Counted from the first letter of the stretch, positions 1-10,070 are shown. The stretch is DNA of 64,000 nucleotides from Longimicrobiales bacterium (GCA_965248195.1 CBDFIQ010000001.1:1184001-1248000); one strand, 5' to 3'. A program made the numbers and translations. Notes: generated by a model from the sequence alone, not told the origin.

Positions 1-286
1 CGTTTCGTTCAACGACGTGAAGCTGCCGGCGGGTGATTTCACGACCACCTTGGTGGGCCTGCGTGCCGACTACGCATTCTCGCCGCTGATGTTCATGGGA
101 GGCCTGGTCCAGTACGACTCCGACAGCGACTCGTTCAGCACCAACCTGCGTTTCCGGTGGGAGTATGCCCCCGGCAGCGAGTTCTTCGCCGTCTATACCG
201 ATGGACGGTCCACCCTGAGAAGCGGCATTCCGGAGCTCGAAACCAGGGCGTTCGTGCTTAAGATCAACAGGCTCCTGCGGTTCTAG
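1..286 (+). CDS. C-terminal part of a DUF5916-type outer-membrane beta-barrel protein (5' truncated by window)
   Basis: Ends ...VQYDSD...NLRFRWEYAPGSEFFAVY...FVLKINRLLRF with terminal Phe; same C-terminal pattern as 20772..23045. Confidence 0.7.
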   Translation, partial: VSFNDVKLPAGDFTTTLVGLRADYAFSPLMFMGGLVQYDSDSDSFSTNLRFRWEYAPGSEFFAVYTDGRSTLRSGIPELETRAFVLKINRLLRF

Positions 287-316
287 CCGCGAGACGCACG
301 CCGAGGCTTAGGAGAC

Positions 317-346
317 TTGCACGCCCACTAAGGGAACCCGTATTCT
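317..346 (+). promoter_or_regulatory. Putative sigma70 promoter
   Basis: TTGCAC-18 nt-TATTCT upstream of the GTG at 402. Confidence 0.4.
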
Positions 347-401
347 CGGTGCTTCCCGTTAAGGATCCCACTGTCGTGCATGTACCCCGGAGGACCATAC
401 C

Positions 402-989
402 GTGAATGTGAGCCTACCAGTTGTGTTGGGGGCGGCACTGCTCCTGACGGGAGGCGCCACGACGGCTCTGCGAGGCCAGGCACCCACGACCTTCATCGTC
501 GAGAGTCCGACGATGACCACCGGCAGGTTAATGCCGCGGGACTATTCTCCGGACGGGAGAAACGTTTCTCCCCCCCTTGGCTGGAGGGGTCTCCCCATGG
601 GGACGCGCCAACTCGCTGTGATCTCGCAGGACTACGGCGCGGGCCGTCCACCGCCCTGGGTGCATTGGATCATCTATAACATACCGGCCAGTGCACAGGG
701 TCTCCCGGAGGGTATTCCGTTCGATCCGGATCACCCCATGCCCGCCGAGCTCACCGGGGCGGTCCAGGGAAACAATGGCTGGGGCCTGGCCGCCTACCGG
801 GGCCCGGCGCCGCCGGTGGGAAGCGTGCACCATTACCACTTCGCGGTGTTCGCCCTCGACGAGGAGCTCGACCTGCCGCCGGGCCTGAATCGAGACGAGC
901 TGCTGCAGGCGATCGAAGGGCACGTAATCGGCCAGGGGGATATGGTCACGCTGTATGAGCGGCAGCCCATGAACGAGCTGCTCCGATGA
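402..989 (+). CDS. Secreted YbhB/YbcL (PEBP/Raf kinase inhibitor-like) family protein
   Basis: NVSPPLGW, WVHWIIYNIP, YRGPAPP..HHYHFAVFALD motifs; signal peptide; GGAGG RBS before GTG. Confidence 0.9.
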   Translation: MNVSLPVVLGAALLLTGGATTALRGQAPTTFIVESPTMTTGRLMPRDYSPDGRNVSPPLGWRGLPMGTRQLAVISQDYGAGRPPPWVHWIIYNIPASAQGLPEGIPFDPDHPMPAELTGAVQGNNGWGLAAYRGPAPPVGSVHHYHFAVFALDEELDLPPGLNRDELLQAIEGHVIGQGDMVTLYERQPMNELLR

Positions 990-1083
990 TCGAAACGGCC
1001 TACCCCCATAAACGAGCGAGCATCGCATTCAGGAGGCCTCGTCCGAAGCCCGGCGCGGCGCTCACGGTTAACCAGGAGAACTC

Positions 1084-1809
1084 ATGACTGACTCGAAGGG
1101 CCCGCGTCCGGCCATCTCGCGGAGAGATCTTCTCCGGACCGCCGGGGCCGCCGGAGCGGCCGCGCTGATTCCCGATGCTGTGGGCGCGGTGACGGAAGAA
1201 TCGCCCGTTACCTCATCACACGCGGCGGCGGGCGAGGAGCAGGCAGGCGTTCGGTTGCCATCCGACACGGCGCCGTTGCTCGCCGGTCCACTCACGAATT
1301 TGACGGCCCGTGAAACTGAGATTCTCCGTGCGATGGTCGATCGGCTGATCCCCACCGACGAGTTGGGCCCAGGCGCTCTCGACGCTGGTGTTCTCCAGTA
1401 CATCGATCGCGCCCTGAGTGAAGCGGAGTCCGATGCGGCCGACGCGTATCGGTCCGGCCTGGCGGCCCTCGACACCTACAGTCGTTACACGCGCGGGGGT
1501 CCGTTCATCGACCTCTCCACGGTCGATCAGGACTCGGTGCTCATCGACCTCCAGATCGGAGCCGCGACCGGCGCGGGCGCGGGCTTCGTGGGCAGTTCCG
1601 GCTCGTTCTTCAACATGGTGAAGACTCACACCTGGCAGGGCATGTTCGGCGACCCCAAGTACGGAGGCAACGTGGACTTTGCCGGGTGGGACCTCATCGA
1701 TTATCCCGGTGTGCGTTTGGGGGTGAGCCCCGAGGACCAGCAACGTCTGGAGGCGGATCAGTTGGACCCGGTACGCCGGTCTGCATACGATTTTGGCCTG
1801 TTCGAATGA
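1084..1809 (+). CDS. Gluconate 2-dehydrogenase subunit 3 family protein, Tat-exported
   Basis: ISRRDLL Tat motif; DRLIPTD..PGA..AGV..YIDR and GMFGDPKYGGN..GWDLIDYPG motifs. Confidence 0.88.
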   Translation: MTDSKGPRPAISRRDLLRTAGAAGAAALIPDAVGAVTEESPVTSSHAAAGEEQAGVRLPSDTAPLLAGPLTNLTARETEILRAMVDRLIPTDELGPGALDAGVLQYIDRALSEAESDAADAYRSGLAALDTYSRYTRGGPFIDLSTVDQDSVLIDLQIGAATGAGAGFVGSSGSFFNMVKTHTWQGMFGDPKYGGNVDFAGWDLIDYPGVRLGVSPEDQQRLEADQLDPVRRSAYDFGLFE

Positions 1810-1857
1810 ACGCCGGAATATGGTTCGACCCGGGCTCTAACGGAGGGATCTGAGGTT

Positions 1858-3564
1858 ATGCCGATGCAGCTTGCAGAAACCGATGTCGTCATCGTGGGAA
1901 TGGGCGCGGCGGGTGGCGTCGCCGCCTTACCGCTGGCGGAGGCCGGGCTGAGCGTGGTGGGTCTCGAGGCCGGCACCTGGCTCGACCAACGCGACTTCGC
2001 CCCTGACGAGATCCGGAACAACTATCGCGACTGGCCCATGTTGGTGAAAAAGGCGGAGCAGGAACGGCCCACGTCCCGGGCCACGTCGGCCACCACGGCG
2101 ACCCAAGTCGGAAGCCACCCCATGATGAATGCAGTGGGAGGGACCACACTGCACTACTGGGCCCAGAGTTGGCGGCTCCATCCTTGGGATTTCAGGATGG
2201 TGACCGAAACGGCTAGGCGCTATGGCGCGTCCAGGATCCCGGCCGGCTCCACCGTCGAGGACTGGCCGTTCGGCTACGACGAGTTGGAGCCTTACTACGA
2301 CCGGGTGGAACGCGAAGTGGGTATCTCCGGCCAGGCCGGCAATGTTCGAGGTGACATCGACTCGCGCGGGAATCGATTCGAGGGGCCTCGGCAGCGTGGA
2401 TTTCCCATGCCGCCGCTACGATGGACGGCCTTCAATCATCGCATGGCCGACGCCGCCCGTTCGTTGGGATGGAATCCGTTCCCCGGCCCAGCCGCCGTAA
2501 ACAGCGAAGCGTACGACAATCGCCCGGGATGCGGCTACCACGGGTTCTGCAGCAAGGGTGGTTGTCCGGTCAACGCGAAGAACGCCACCCACATCACGAC
2601 CATTCCTAAGGCCGTCGACACCGGCAACCTCAAGGTGGTCCCGCGCGCGCACGTCACGACGCTGGAGGTGAGTTCGGATGGCCGCGTGACCGGCGTCAAC
2701 TATCTGGTGGGGAGCAACGAGTATTTCCAGCCGGCGAAGGTCGTCTTGATCGCCTCTTATACGTATGAGAACGTCCGCCTGTTGCTCCTTTCGAAATCCC
2801 GCGCATATCCGGATGGGCTTTCGAACAACCATGGACAGGTGGGCCGGCACTACTTCAGTCATTACACGAGCGGGAGTGTGGGCGCGCTCTTCCCGTATGA
2901 CCTCAAGGCATGGTATGGCCTGCCGGCCCAGGGTGTCGCAGTGGATGATTGGGCCGACGACAACTTCGACCACTCAGATCTCGACTTCGTCGGGGGAGGC
3001 AACCTCTGGGTCATGTCCGACCGCCGCCCGATCTCGGCGGCCAGTATGAATACGTACGGGCGAAGCCGAAATTGGGGATCCGCCTGGAAGCGATTTATCC
3101 ACGAGTACTCGGATCGCTCCCACGGCTCCTACATCCAGAAGACGACCCTCCCTTACGAGGAAAACTACCTGGATTTGGATCCTCAGGTGACGGATCCCCT
3201 CGGATTCCCCGTCATCCGCATCACCGGACAATACAAAGACAACGAAAAGGAGATCGGAGTGTTCATGCAGGATCGCATGGAGGACTGGTATCGGGAGGCG
3301 GGAGCTGTCGAGGTCAACCGGGGCGGGCTTGGTAACACCATGGGCGCTTCGACCCACGCCTACGGCGGCACGCGCATGGGCGACGACGCCGAGACCAACG
3401 TGGTCGACCGCTGGGGGTTTTCGCACGAAACGCCGAACCTGGGGGTCTTGGGCGCATCAGTGATGGGAACCAGCGGGGCGCGAAATCCCACCCTGACGAG
3501 TCAGGCCCTCTCTTGGCGGACAGCGGCGCATCTCGTCGACAGCTGGGGGGATATCGCCGAGTAA
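1858..3564 (+). CDS. GMC-family FAD oxidoreductase (gluconate 2-dehydrogenase flavoprotein-like)
   Basis: GxGxxG (VGMGAAGG), VGGTTLHYW, WPFGYDELEPYY, CGYHGFC...CP, THAYGGTRMG, NPTLT. Confidence 0.9.
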   Translation: MPMQLAETDVVIVGMGAAGGVAALPLAEAGLSVVGLEAGTWLDQRDFAPDEIRNNYRDWPMLVKKAEQERPTSRATSATTATQVGSHPMMNAVGGTTLHYWAQSWRLHPWDFRMVTETARRYGASRIPAGSTVEDWPFGYDELEPYYDRVEREVGISGQAGNVRGDIDSRGNRFEGPRQRGFPMPPLRWTAFNHRMADAARSLGWNPFPGPAAVNSEAYDNRPGCGYHGFCSKGGCPVNAKNATHITTIPKAVDTGNLKVVPRAHVTTLEVSSDGRVTGVNYLVGSNEYFQPAKVVLIASYTYENVRLLLLSKSRAYPDGLSNNHGQVGRHYFSHYTSGSVGALFPYDLKAWYGLPAQGVAVDDWADDNFDHSDLDFVGGGNLWVMSDRRPISAASMNTYGRSRNWGSAWKRFIHEYSDRSHGSYIQKTTLPYEENYLDLDPQVTDPLGFPVIRITGQYKDNEKEIGVFMQDRMEDWYREAGAVEVNRGGLGNTMGASTHAYGGTRMGDDAETNVVDRWGFSHETPNLGVLGASVMGTSGARNPTLTSQALSWRTAAHLVDSWGDIAE

Positions 3565-3603
3565 GCCCACCCTCCCGAGAAGTGGGTCGGGATCGAAAGA
3601 AGA

Positions 3604-3654
3604 GATGGGGACCGAAGGAGCCGCGGCTGTGCGAAGCGTCCTTCGATCCCCATC
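3604..3654 (-). terminator. Conserved stem-loop downstream of monooxygenase M1 (copy 1 of 3)
   Basis: Minus strand GATGGGGATCGAAGGA...TCCTTCGGTCCCCATC followed by pyrimidine run. Confidence 0.6.
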
Positions 3655-3695
3655 AATACCTCAGTAAAAATCCAGCTTGTGAAACGATCGGGTGA

Positions 3696-5093
3696 TCAGT
3701 TCCTAGCAGCGATCCTCTGCTCTTCGTTCGCTTCCCGCTCCGCGACGAGCTTGTCGTAGCCCTCCTGATCGAGGTGCGTCACGGCGATCCACGCGTGCGT
3801 CATCTCGTCCGCGGTTCGGGCGCCCGCAGCCACCCACTGATCCGGGTCCGGGTTGTTGGGGTTGCCCTCCGTGTTGTCGTACCACTGCTTGATTACCATA
3901 ACCGCGCCGGCCGGGAGCAGGGGTGCCGAGTCATCTCCGTAAAGATGACTCTGGTGCCATGTGGCGCTCCAGTTGGAGATCATGCTGATGATCTCCGTCC
4001 GTCCTGTCTCCGGATAGAAGATCTCCAAAGACGCAGACCGCAGCCGCAGGTGCCCGTGGGGCTGGAAGCTGTCGATGCGGACCGGATGGTCGAAGCTGTG
4101 GAAGCCCTGAGTCATGGTCGTTCCGTGCGGCGGCATGACCAGCTCACCTTGGCGGATCCCATAGTTCTTCAGATCCTGCTTGAACTCGTACTCGTAATCC
4201 GCCGGGTGGAGCCAGATGCCCAAATCGACCACGTTACCCTCGATCACGTCGTTGGCGGCAGTCGCTCCGAGCCCGCCGGGATACATATGGATGCTCCAGC
4301 GGATATACGAATCTGCGGGCAACACCCGGCAAACGCCCTCGGGAACGATCTCACCCAGCTTGCCCATGGCGTACTCGGTGGCCCGATGCTCTGAGCGCTC
4401 GAAGGTGCCGTCTTCCTGCATGAGCTGGAAGGTCGAGTTGGCGTGGTGGACCACCGTCTTGGCGACTCCACGGGGCTTCACCTGAAGGGCCTTGATGCAG
4501 CGCTCCTCGCCCTCAGGGAGGCCTTGGATCTCAACGATGGGACTGTGCCACATGTCGTTGCCGGCGGCCGGAACGTCGATGGGCGTCGACTGGGCGAGGA
4601 GGTCCGGTGGGCCGAACAGATTCGACAGCGACCAGTCGTCGGTGTCGAGCAGGTCTAACTCCGGAATCTCGTCCGCATTACCCAGCGGCGTACCCTGGTC
4701 GACCCAGGAAACGATGGTGCTGATGTCCTCATCGGAAAGACGCCAGTCCTCTTTGAGGTCCTGGATGCCGACATCGTTGTCGTAATAGTACGGCGGCATC
4801 ACGCGGTTCTCTACTTTGATCTTGATGAGGGGCGCATACATCCGGACGTCTTCGTAGGTCACCAATTCCATCGGCCCGATTCCACCCGCACGGTGGCAGA
4901 TCGTGCAGTTCTCCTGGATGATGGACGCCACGTCCGCACTGTAGGTCAACGCCGCGTCGTTCGACGACGACGCGAAGGTCACCTGGGCCTGTGCAGTGCT
5001 CTGCAAAGCAAAGGCTGCGACGAGTGCGAGAGTAGCGGCTCCGATCCGGAGCGTCCACACGCACGGATGTTGCCTCCGATTCTGCAGTTCCAT
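3696..5093 (-). CDS. Secreted cytochrome c + copper type II (PHM/DBH-like) monooxygenase, paralog M1
   Basis: Signal peptide (AQAQ), CTICH, MPP; VVHH, IHMY, PHGH, DEM. Confidence 0.8.
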   Translation of the reverse strand: MELQNRRQHPCVWTLRIGAATLALVAAFALQSTAQAQVTFASSSNDAALTYSADVASIIQENCTICHRAGGIGPMELVTYEDVRMYAPLIKIKVENRVMPPYYYDNDVGIQDLKEDWRLSDEDISTIVSWVDQGTPLGNADEIPELDLLDTDDWSLSNLFGPPDLLAQSTPIDVPAAGNDMWHSPIVEIQGLPEGEERCIKALQVKPRGVAKTVVHHANSTFQLMQEDGTFERSEHRATEYAMGKLGEIVPEGVCRVLPADSYIRWSIHMYPGGLGATAANDVIEGNVVDLGIWLHPADYEYEFKQDLKNYGIRQGELVMPPHGTTMTQGFHSFDHPVRIDSFQPHGHLRLRSASLEIFYPETGRTEIISMISNWSATWHQSHLYGDDSAPLLPAGAVMVIKQWYDNTEGNPNNPDPDQWVAAGARTADEMTHAWIAVTHLDQEGYDKLVAEREANEEQRIAARN

Positions 5094-5173
5094 TTTCCCC
5101 CCTGTGCTCGGGTGGACTACACCTGCACGTCAAGCGCCGCCCAGGCTTGATCCCCTGAGGAATGACTCCTCCG

Positions 5174-5203
5174 AATCTACGTGACGATCCCGAGTGAACA
5201 CAA
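5174..5203 (-). promoter_or_regulatory. Putative sigma70 promoter of M1
   Basis: TTGTGT-18-TAGATT; element conserved upstream of M2 and M3. Confidence 0.5.
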
Positions 5204-5215
5204 TAGGCGGGACGT

Positions 5216-6211
5216 CTACGGCGTTACGTTCACCCTGACGTAGCCGTTGGTAAAGCAGCAGTTGTCATTATCGCTGCTGTCCGGCGCGCTGAAGTTGTCC
5301 ACCCGGGCTCGCATGATGTACTCACCCGGCACGGAGAACGTAACAATCACGCTGGCAGTGCCCTGCCCCTCCGGAAGCGGGATAATCTGGGGTCCGGAGG
5401 CGGCACGTTGTCGTCGAGCAGCGGCGGCAACAGCACCACCATCACTCGCGGCAGCAGCAGAGTCCGGCTCCTCCTCCTCCACGACCTCAGGGTTGGACTC
5501 GTGCCGCGTGTACTCCACCCTTCCGGGACCCTGGAGTTGGGACCACACCACACGAAGGGGAACGTCCACAGAACGGGCATCGTCCGGATCCCTCTCCGAG
5601 GGGTCCGTCGCGTTGACCGAGAGGGTGAGGGGAGATCCTACCGACACGGTCTGCGTACGTTCTGCCATGATGCCCGGAGGTCCCCGGCCCACGCCGGACT
5701 GCGAGTCGAAGGAAACGCTGGGAGGTAGACCTCCGTGAGGCCGGGGCATCCAGTCCAATTCATAGGCGATGGCCCCGGTCCGGCCGGGCACCTTCGTGAC
5801 GTCGCCGTTCGCTTTGGTAAGCGTCCACCAGACGTCCTGGTCCATCATCTCCGCCGGCAGAGTCACGGTGAAAATCCCGCGGTGGTGTCCGGGGAAAAAG
5901 ATCGTGGACTGCACCCCGTCGAACTGAGCCGGATCGAGGAAATTATCCTCTCCGACGGGGATGTACAGCGTGTCCAGGTTGGCATTGCTGTATCCGAAGG
6001 AGATGGTGTACGTCCCGTCCTCGTTCTCGTACCAGCCCTCCATGAAGGGGGCGAGGATGTGATTTCCGGGAGAGTTGGGTTGCAGGGGCCAACGGCCATC
6101 CGGCCCCGGACCCGTCACCTGGGCCTCGAGTACCACTGGACCGGCCACAGCACCCCAGAGAAGCAGCGCCAAGGCCACTCCACCCACGGTCATACGAAAC
6201 TGGTGCATCAT
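5216..6211 (-). CDS. Secreted monooxygenase-associated protein P1 (C-terminal Ig/PKD-like region, vicinal CC)
   Basis: Signal peptide; PFMEGWYENEDGT..ISFGY; VWWTL; CCFTNGYVRVNV; AGGA RBS. Confidence 0.7.
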   Translation of the reverse strand: MMHQFRMTVGGVALALLLWGAVAGPVVLEAQVTGPGPDGRWPLQPNSPGNHILAPFMEGWYENEDGTYTISFGYSNANLDTLYIPVGEDNFLDPAQFDGVQSTIFFPGHHRGIFTVTLPAEMMDQDVWWTLTKANGDVTKVPGRTGAIAYELDWMPRPHGGLPPSVSFDSQSGVGRGPPGIMAERTQTVSVGSPLTLSVNATDPSERDPDDARSVDVPLRVVWSQLQGPGRVEYTRHESNPEVVEEEEPDSAAAASDGGAVAAAARRQRAASGPQIIPLPEGQGTASVIVTFSVPGEYIMRARVDNFSAPDSSDNDNCCFTNGYVRVNVTP

Positions 6212-6264
6212 GGACTCCTTCCTGAACGCTCGAGCGTCGCATCGAAGGCGGGACTGAAAGAAAC

Positions 6265-6310
6265 GGGGACCGAAGGAGCCGCGGCTGCTGCGAAGCGTCC
6301 TTCGATCCCC
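6265..6310 (-). terminator. Conserved stem-loop downstream of M2 (copy 2 of 3)
   Basis: Same GGGGATCGAAGGA/TCCTTCGGTCCCC stem, then GTTTCTTTC. Confidence 0.6.
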
Positions 6311-6343
6311 ATTAGTAAAGAGCAGGTAAAGCGACCTGCGCGA

Positions 6344-7750
6344 TCAATCCCTAGCGGCGATCCTCTCCGCTTCCTCCTTCATCTTCCTCTCCTCGAGGAG
6401 CTTTTCGTAGCCTTCCTCATCGAGGTGGGTCACGCCGAGCCAAAAATGCGACATCTCGTCAGCAGTCCGGCTTCCGTAGTCGACCCACTGATCCGGATCC
6501 GGGTTGTTGGGGTTGCCGTCCGTGTTGTCGAACCACTGCTTCATTATGAGGACCGCGCCGGCCGGGACCAGGGGCGCCGCGTCATCCTCGTAAATGTGAC
6601 TCTGGTGCCAGGTGGCGCTCCAGTTGGAGACCATGCTGATGATCTCCGTCCGTCCGGTCTCCGGATAGAAGATCTCCAGGGACGCGGACCGCAAGCGCAG
6701 ATGCCCGTGCGGCTGGAAGCTGTCGATGCGGACCGGATGGTCGAACGAGCGGAAGCCCTGGGTCATGGCCGACCCATTCGGCGGGATCATGAGGTCACGC
6801 TTACCCTCCATGAAGCCATAGCTGACCAGGTCCTGCTTGTACTCGTACTCGTAGTCGGCCGGATGGAGCCAGATGCCCAAATCGACCACGTTGCCCTCGA
6901 TCACGTCGTTCACAGCAGTCTTTCCGAGCCCGCCGGGATACATGTGGATGTCCCAGCGAATATAAGTATCCGCAGGGAACACTCGGCACACACCGTCGGG
7001 AATGATCTCACCCAGCTTGCCCATGGCGTACTCGGTTGCCCGGTCCCCAGTCCCCTGGAAGCTTCCGTCGTCCTGCAGGCGCTGGAAGGTCGAGTTGGCG
7101 TGGTGGACCACCGTCACGGCTTCTCCACGGGGCTTCACCTGAAGGGCCTTGATGCAGCGCTCGCCATCAGGCAGGCCTTGCATCTCGACCACTGGACGGT
7201 GCCACAAGTCGAGGCCGGCCGCCGGCACGTCGATCGGTGTCGAGGGGGCGAGAATGTCCGGTGGGCCGAAGTCGGCCGCCAGCGTCCATTCGTCTGTGGG
7301 GAGCAACTCGGCCGGCGGTGGCATGTCGTCCGGATTGCCCAGAGGCGCTCCTTGGTCTACCCAGGCAACGACGGTGTTGATGTCCTCTTGGGAGAGACGC
7401 CAATCGTGCTTGAGCTCCTGGATGCCGATGTCGTTGTCGTAATAATACGGCGGCATCTGGCGGTTCTCTACTTTGATCTTGATGAGGGGCGCATACAACT
7501 TGACGTTCTCGTAGGTCACGAGCTCCATGGGTCCGATTCCACCGGCTCGGTGGCAGACCTGGCAGTTGTTCTGGATGATCAACGCCACGTCCGCGGCGTA
7601 GGTGACGTCTTCGTCATTTTGCGACGACGCGAAATTGACCTGGGCCTGGGCCGCACTCTGGAAAGCCAAGGTCGCCGCGAGCGCGAAGGTGGCGGCGCCG
7701 GTCCAGGGCGTCCACAAGCGCTGATGTTGGCTCCGATTCTGCAGGTCCAT
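6344..7750 (-). CDS. Cytochrome c + PHM-like copper monooxygenase, paralog M2
   Basis: CQVCH, MPP, VVHH, IHMY, PHGH, DEMSH; start moved to MDLQN after GAGAGGA. Confidence 0.8.
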   Translation of the reverse strand: MDLQNRSQHQRLWTPWTGAATFALAATLAFQSAAQAQVNFASSQNDEDVTYAADVALIIQNNCQVCHRAGGIGPMELVTYENVKLYAPLIKIKVENRQMPPYYYDNDIGIQELKHDWRLSQEDINTVVAWVDQGAPLGNPDDMPPPAELLPTDEWTLAADFGPPDILAPSTPIDVPAAGLDLWHRPVVEMQGLPDGERCIKALQVKPRGEAVTVVHHANSTFQRLQDDGSFQGTGDRATEYAMGKLGEIIPDGVCRVFPADTYIRWDIHMYPGGLGKTAVNDVIEGNVVDLGIWLHPADYEYEYKQDLVSYGFMEGKRDLMIPPNGSAMTQGFRSFDHPVRIDSFQPHGHLRLRSASLEIFYPETGRTEIISMVSNWSATWHQSHIYEDDAAPLVPAGAVLIMKQWFDNTDGNPNNPDPDQWVDYGSRTADEMSHFWLGVTHLDEEGYEKLLEERKMKEEAERIAARD

Positions 7751-7838
7751 GATGGTCCTCTCCCTCATGCGAGTGAACTAGCCATACTACGCCTTAAGCA
7801 ACCCAGGGTCCTTTCCCTCGGGATTTTACGTTCCTCGG

Positions 7839-7867
7839 AATCTACGCGCCGATCCGGAGGGATACAA
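7839..7867 (-). promoter_or_regulatory. Putative sigma70 promoter of M2
   Basis: TTGTAT-17-TAGATT. Confidence 0.55.
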
Positions 7868-7889
7868 TACGGTCGGCACCTTCCCAATT

Positions 7890-8867
7890 CTACCTGACAG
7901 TCACCCTGACGTATCCGTTGGTCCAGCAGCACTGGTTCCCCGAGGAGCTGTCCGGCGCACTCCAGTTGTCCACCCGCGCTAGCATGAGATACTCACCCGG
8001 CTCGGAGAACGTCACTATCACGCGGGCCACGCCATACCCCTCCGAAAGGGGGATAATCTGGGGTCCGGGGGGGGGACCAGCATCATCACCATCGCCAGCG
8101 GCGACAGCAGCAGAGTCCGGCTCCTCCTCATCCACCTCAGGGAGCGGGTTGGACTCATGCCGAGTGAACTCGACCGGTCCGGGACCCTGGAGCTGGGACC
8201 ACACCACGCGAAGGGGGATGGCCTCCCGAAACCGGAAATCCTCGGAATCCCTCTCCGAAGGATCCGTCGCGTTGACCGAAAGGGTGAGGGGAGAGCCTAC
8301 CGCGACAGTCTGCGTACGTTCTGCCATGATGCCCGGAGGTCCCCGGCCCACGCCGGAATCCGAGTCGAAGGAAACGCTGGGAGGGAGACTACCGTGTGGC
8401 CGGGCCATCCAGTCCAATTGATAGGCAACGGCCCCGATCCGGCCGGGCACTCTCGTGACGTCACCGTTCTCCTTGGTAAGGGTCCACCAGACGTCCTGGT
8501 CCCTCATGTTCGCCGACAGATCAGCGGTGAAGAGCCCCCGGTGGTGTCCAGGAAAAAAGACGGTGGGCTGCATTCCGTTGAACTGCGCCGGCTCGAGAAA
8601 ATTGTCCTCTCCGACAGGAATATACAGCGTGTCGTCGTTGAGATTTAGGTACCCGAAGGAGATGCTGAACGTCCCGTCTTCATTCGCATACCAGCCCTCC
8701 ATAAAGGGCGCAAGGGTGCGATTCCCGGGAGCGTTGGGCTGCAGGGGCCAACGGCCATCCGGCCCCGGCCCTGTCACCTGGGACTCGAGTGCCGTTGGAC
8801 CGGCCAAAGCACCCCATAGAAGCAGAGCGAAGGCCACACCACCCACGGTCATACGGATCTGCATCAT
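7890..8867 (-). CDS. Secreted monooxygenase-associated protein P2
   Basis: Paralog of P1; AAGGAG RBS before MMQIR; CCWTNGYV. Confidence 0.7.
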   Translation of the reverse strand: MMQIRMTVGGVAFALLLWGALAGPTALESQVTGPGPDGRWPLQPNAPGNRTLAPFMEGWYANEDGTFSISFGYLNLNDDTLYIPVGEDNFLEPAQFNGMQPTVFFPGHHRGLFTADLSANMRDQDVWWTLTKENGDVTRVPGRIGAVAYQLDWMARPHGSLPPSVSFDSDSGVGRGPPGIMAERTQTVAVGSPLTLSVNATDPSERDSEDFRFREAIPLRVVWSQLQGPGPVEFTRHESNPLPEVDEEEPDSAAVAAGDGDDAGPPPGPQIIPLSEGYGVARVIVTFSEPGEYLMLARVDNWSAPDSSSGNQCCWTNGYVRVTVR

Positions 8868-8929
8868 GGACTCCTTCTCGATTATTCGAGCGTCCGGGAG
8901 AAGGCGGGTCGGTGTACCCAATCTTGATT

Positions 8930-9931
8930 CTACCGCGTTACGTTCACCCTGACGTAGCCGTTGGTCCAGCAGCACTGGTCCCCATCGCCGCTGTCCGCCG
9001 CACCGAAGTTGTCCACCCTGGCTCGCATGATGTACTCACCGGGCTCGGTGAACGTAACGATCACGCGGGCTGTGCCTTGCCCCTCTGAAAGCGGGATAAC
9101 CTCGGGCCCGCACGGGTCTTCACGCCGGCGTCGGGCAGCGGCGGCGGCGCCACCGGCGGCGGCGACAGCAGCAGAGTCCGGCTCCTCCTCCTCATCCTCC
9201 TCCACCTCAGGGTTGGATTCGTGCCGCGTATACTCGACACGACCGGGACCCTGAAGCTGGGACCATACCACACGAAGGCCAATTTCCGCGAAGCGGAAAT
9301 CGTCCAGATCCCTCTCCGAAGGGTCCCTCGCGTTGATCGAGAGGGTGAGCGGATCCCCCACCGAGACGGTCTCCGTACGCTCTGCCATGAGGCCTGGAGG
9401 TCCTCGGCCCTCACCGCGCTGCGAATCGAAGGAGACCAGGGCAGGGAGACTGCCGTGAGGCCGGGCCATCCAGTCCAATTGGTAGGCAATCGCATTGGTT
9501 CGGCCGGGCACTCGTGTGACGTCGCCGTTCGCTTTGCGAAGGGTCCACCAGACATCCTCGTCCTTCATGTTCGCCGGCAGATCGGCGGTGAAGAGCCCTC
9601 TTTGGTGTCCAGGAAAAAAGACGGTGGGCTGCATTCCGTTGAACTGAGCCGGCTCGAGGAAATTGTTCTCCCCAACAGGAATATACAGCGTGTCGTCGTT
9701 GAGATTGAGGTACCCGAAGGAGATGCTGAACGTCCCGTCTTCGTTCTCGTACCAGCCCTCCATGAAGGGGGCAAGGGTGCGATTTCCGGGAGAGTTGGGC
9801 TGCAGGGGCCAACGGCCATCCGGCCCCGGCCCCGTCACTTGAGCCTCGAGTGCCGTTGGACCAGCTGGACCAGCCAAAGGACCCCAGAGCAGCAGCGCGA
9901 CGGCCACGCCACACACGCTCATGCGAAGCAT
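8930..9931 (-). CDS. Secreted monooxygenase-associated protein P3
   Basis: Paralog of P1/P2; AAGGAG RBS before MLRMS; CCWTNGYV. Confidence 0.7.
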   Translation of the reverse strand: MLRMSVCGVAVALLLWGPLAGPAGPTALEAQVTGPGPDGRWPLQPNSPGNRTLAPFMEGWYENEDGTFSISFGYLNLNDDTLYIPVGENNFLEPAQFNGMQPTVFFPGHQRGLFTADLPANMKDEDVWWTLRKANGDVTRVPGRTNAIAYQLDWMARPHGSLPALVSFDSQRGEGRGPPGLMAERTETVSVGDPLTLSINARDPSERDLDDFRFAEIGLRVVWSQLQGPGRVEYTRHESNPEVEEDEEEEPDSAAVAAAGGAAAAARRRREDPCGPEVIPLSEGQGTARVIVTFTEPGEYIMRARVDNFGAADSGDGDQCCWTNGYVRVNVTR

Positions 9932-9990
9932 CGTAAACTCCTTCTCGAAATGTTGGAGGGTCGAATCTAAGGCGGGCTTGTGAAATAAGC

Positions 9991-10042
9991 GATGGGGACC
10001 GAAGGAGCTTGCGGTTGCTCCAAGCGTCCTTCGATCCCCATC
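9991..10042 (-). terminator. Conserved stem-loop downstream of M3 (copy 3 of 3)
   Basis: Same outer stem; inner stem GCTTG/CAAGC with a different loop. Confidence 0.6.
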
Positions 10043-10070
10043 ACATCCAGCATGTAAAGCGACCTGATAA

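Noticed and set aside
5735..7897. 720-aa plus-strand ORF and similar long antisense ORFs (10149..11468, 12759..14318, 34004..35230, 36763..37917, 62562..63950)
   Set aside because: They are antisense shadows of well-supported genes in high-GC DNA and have no motifs of their own
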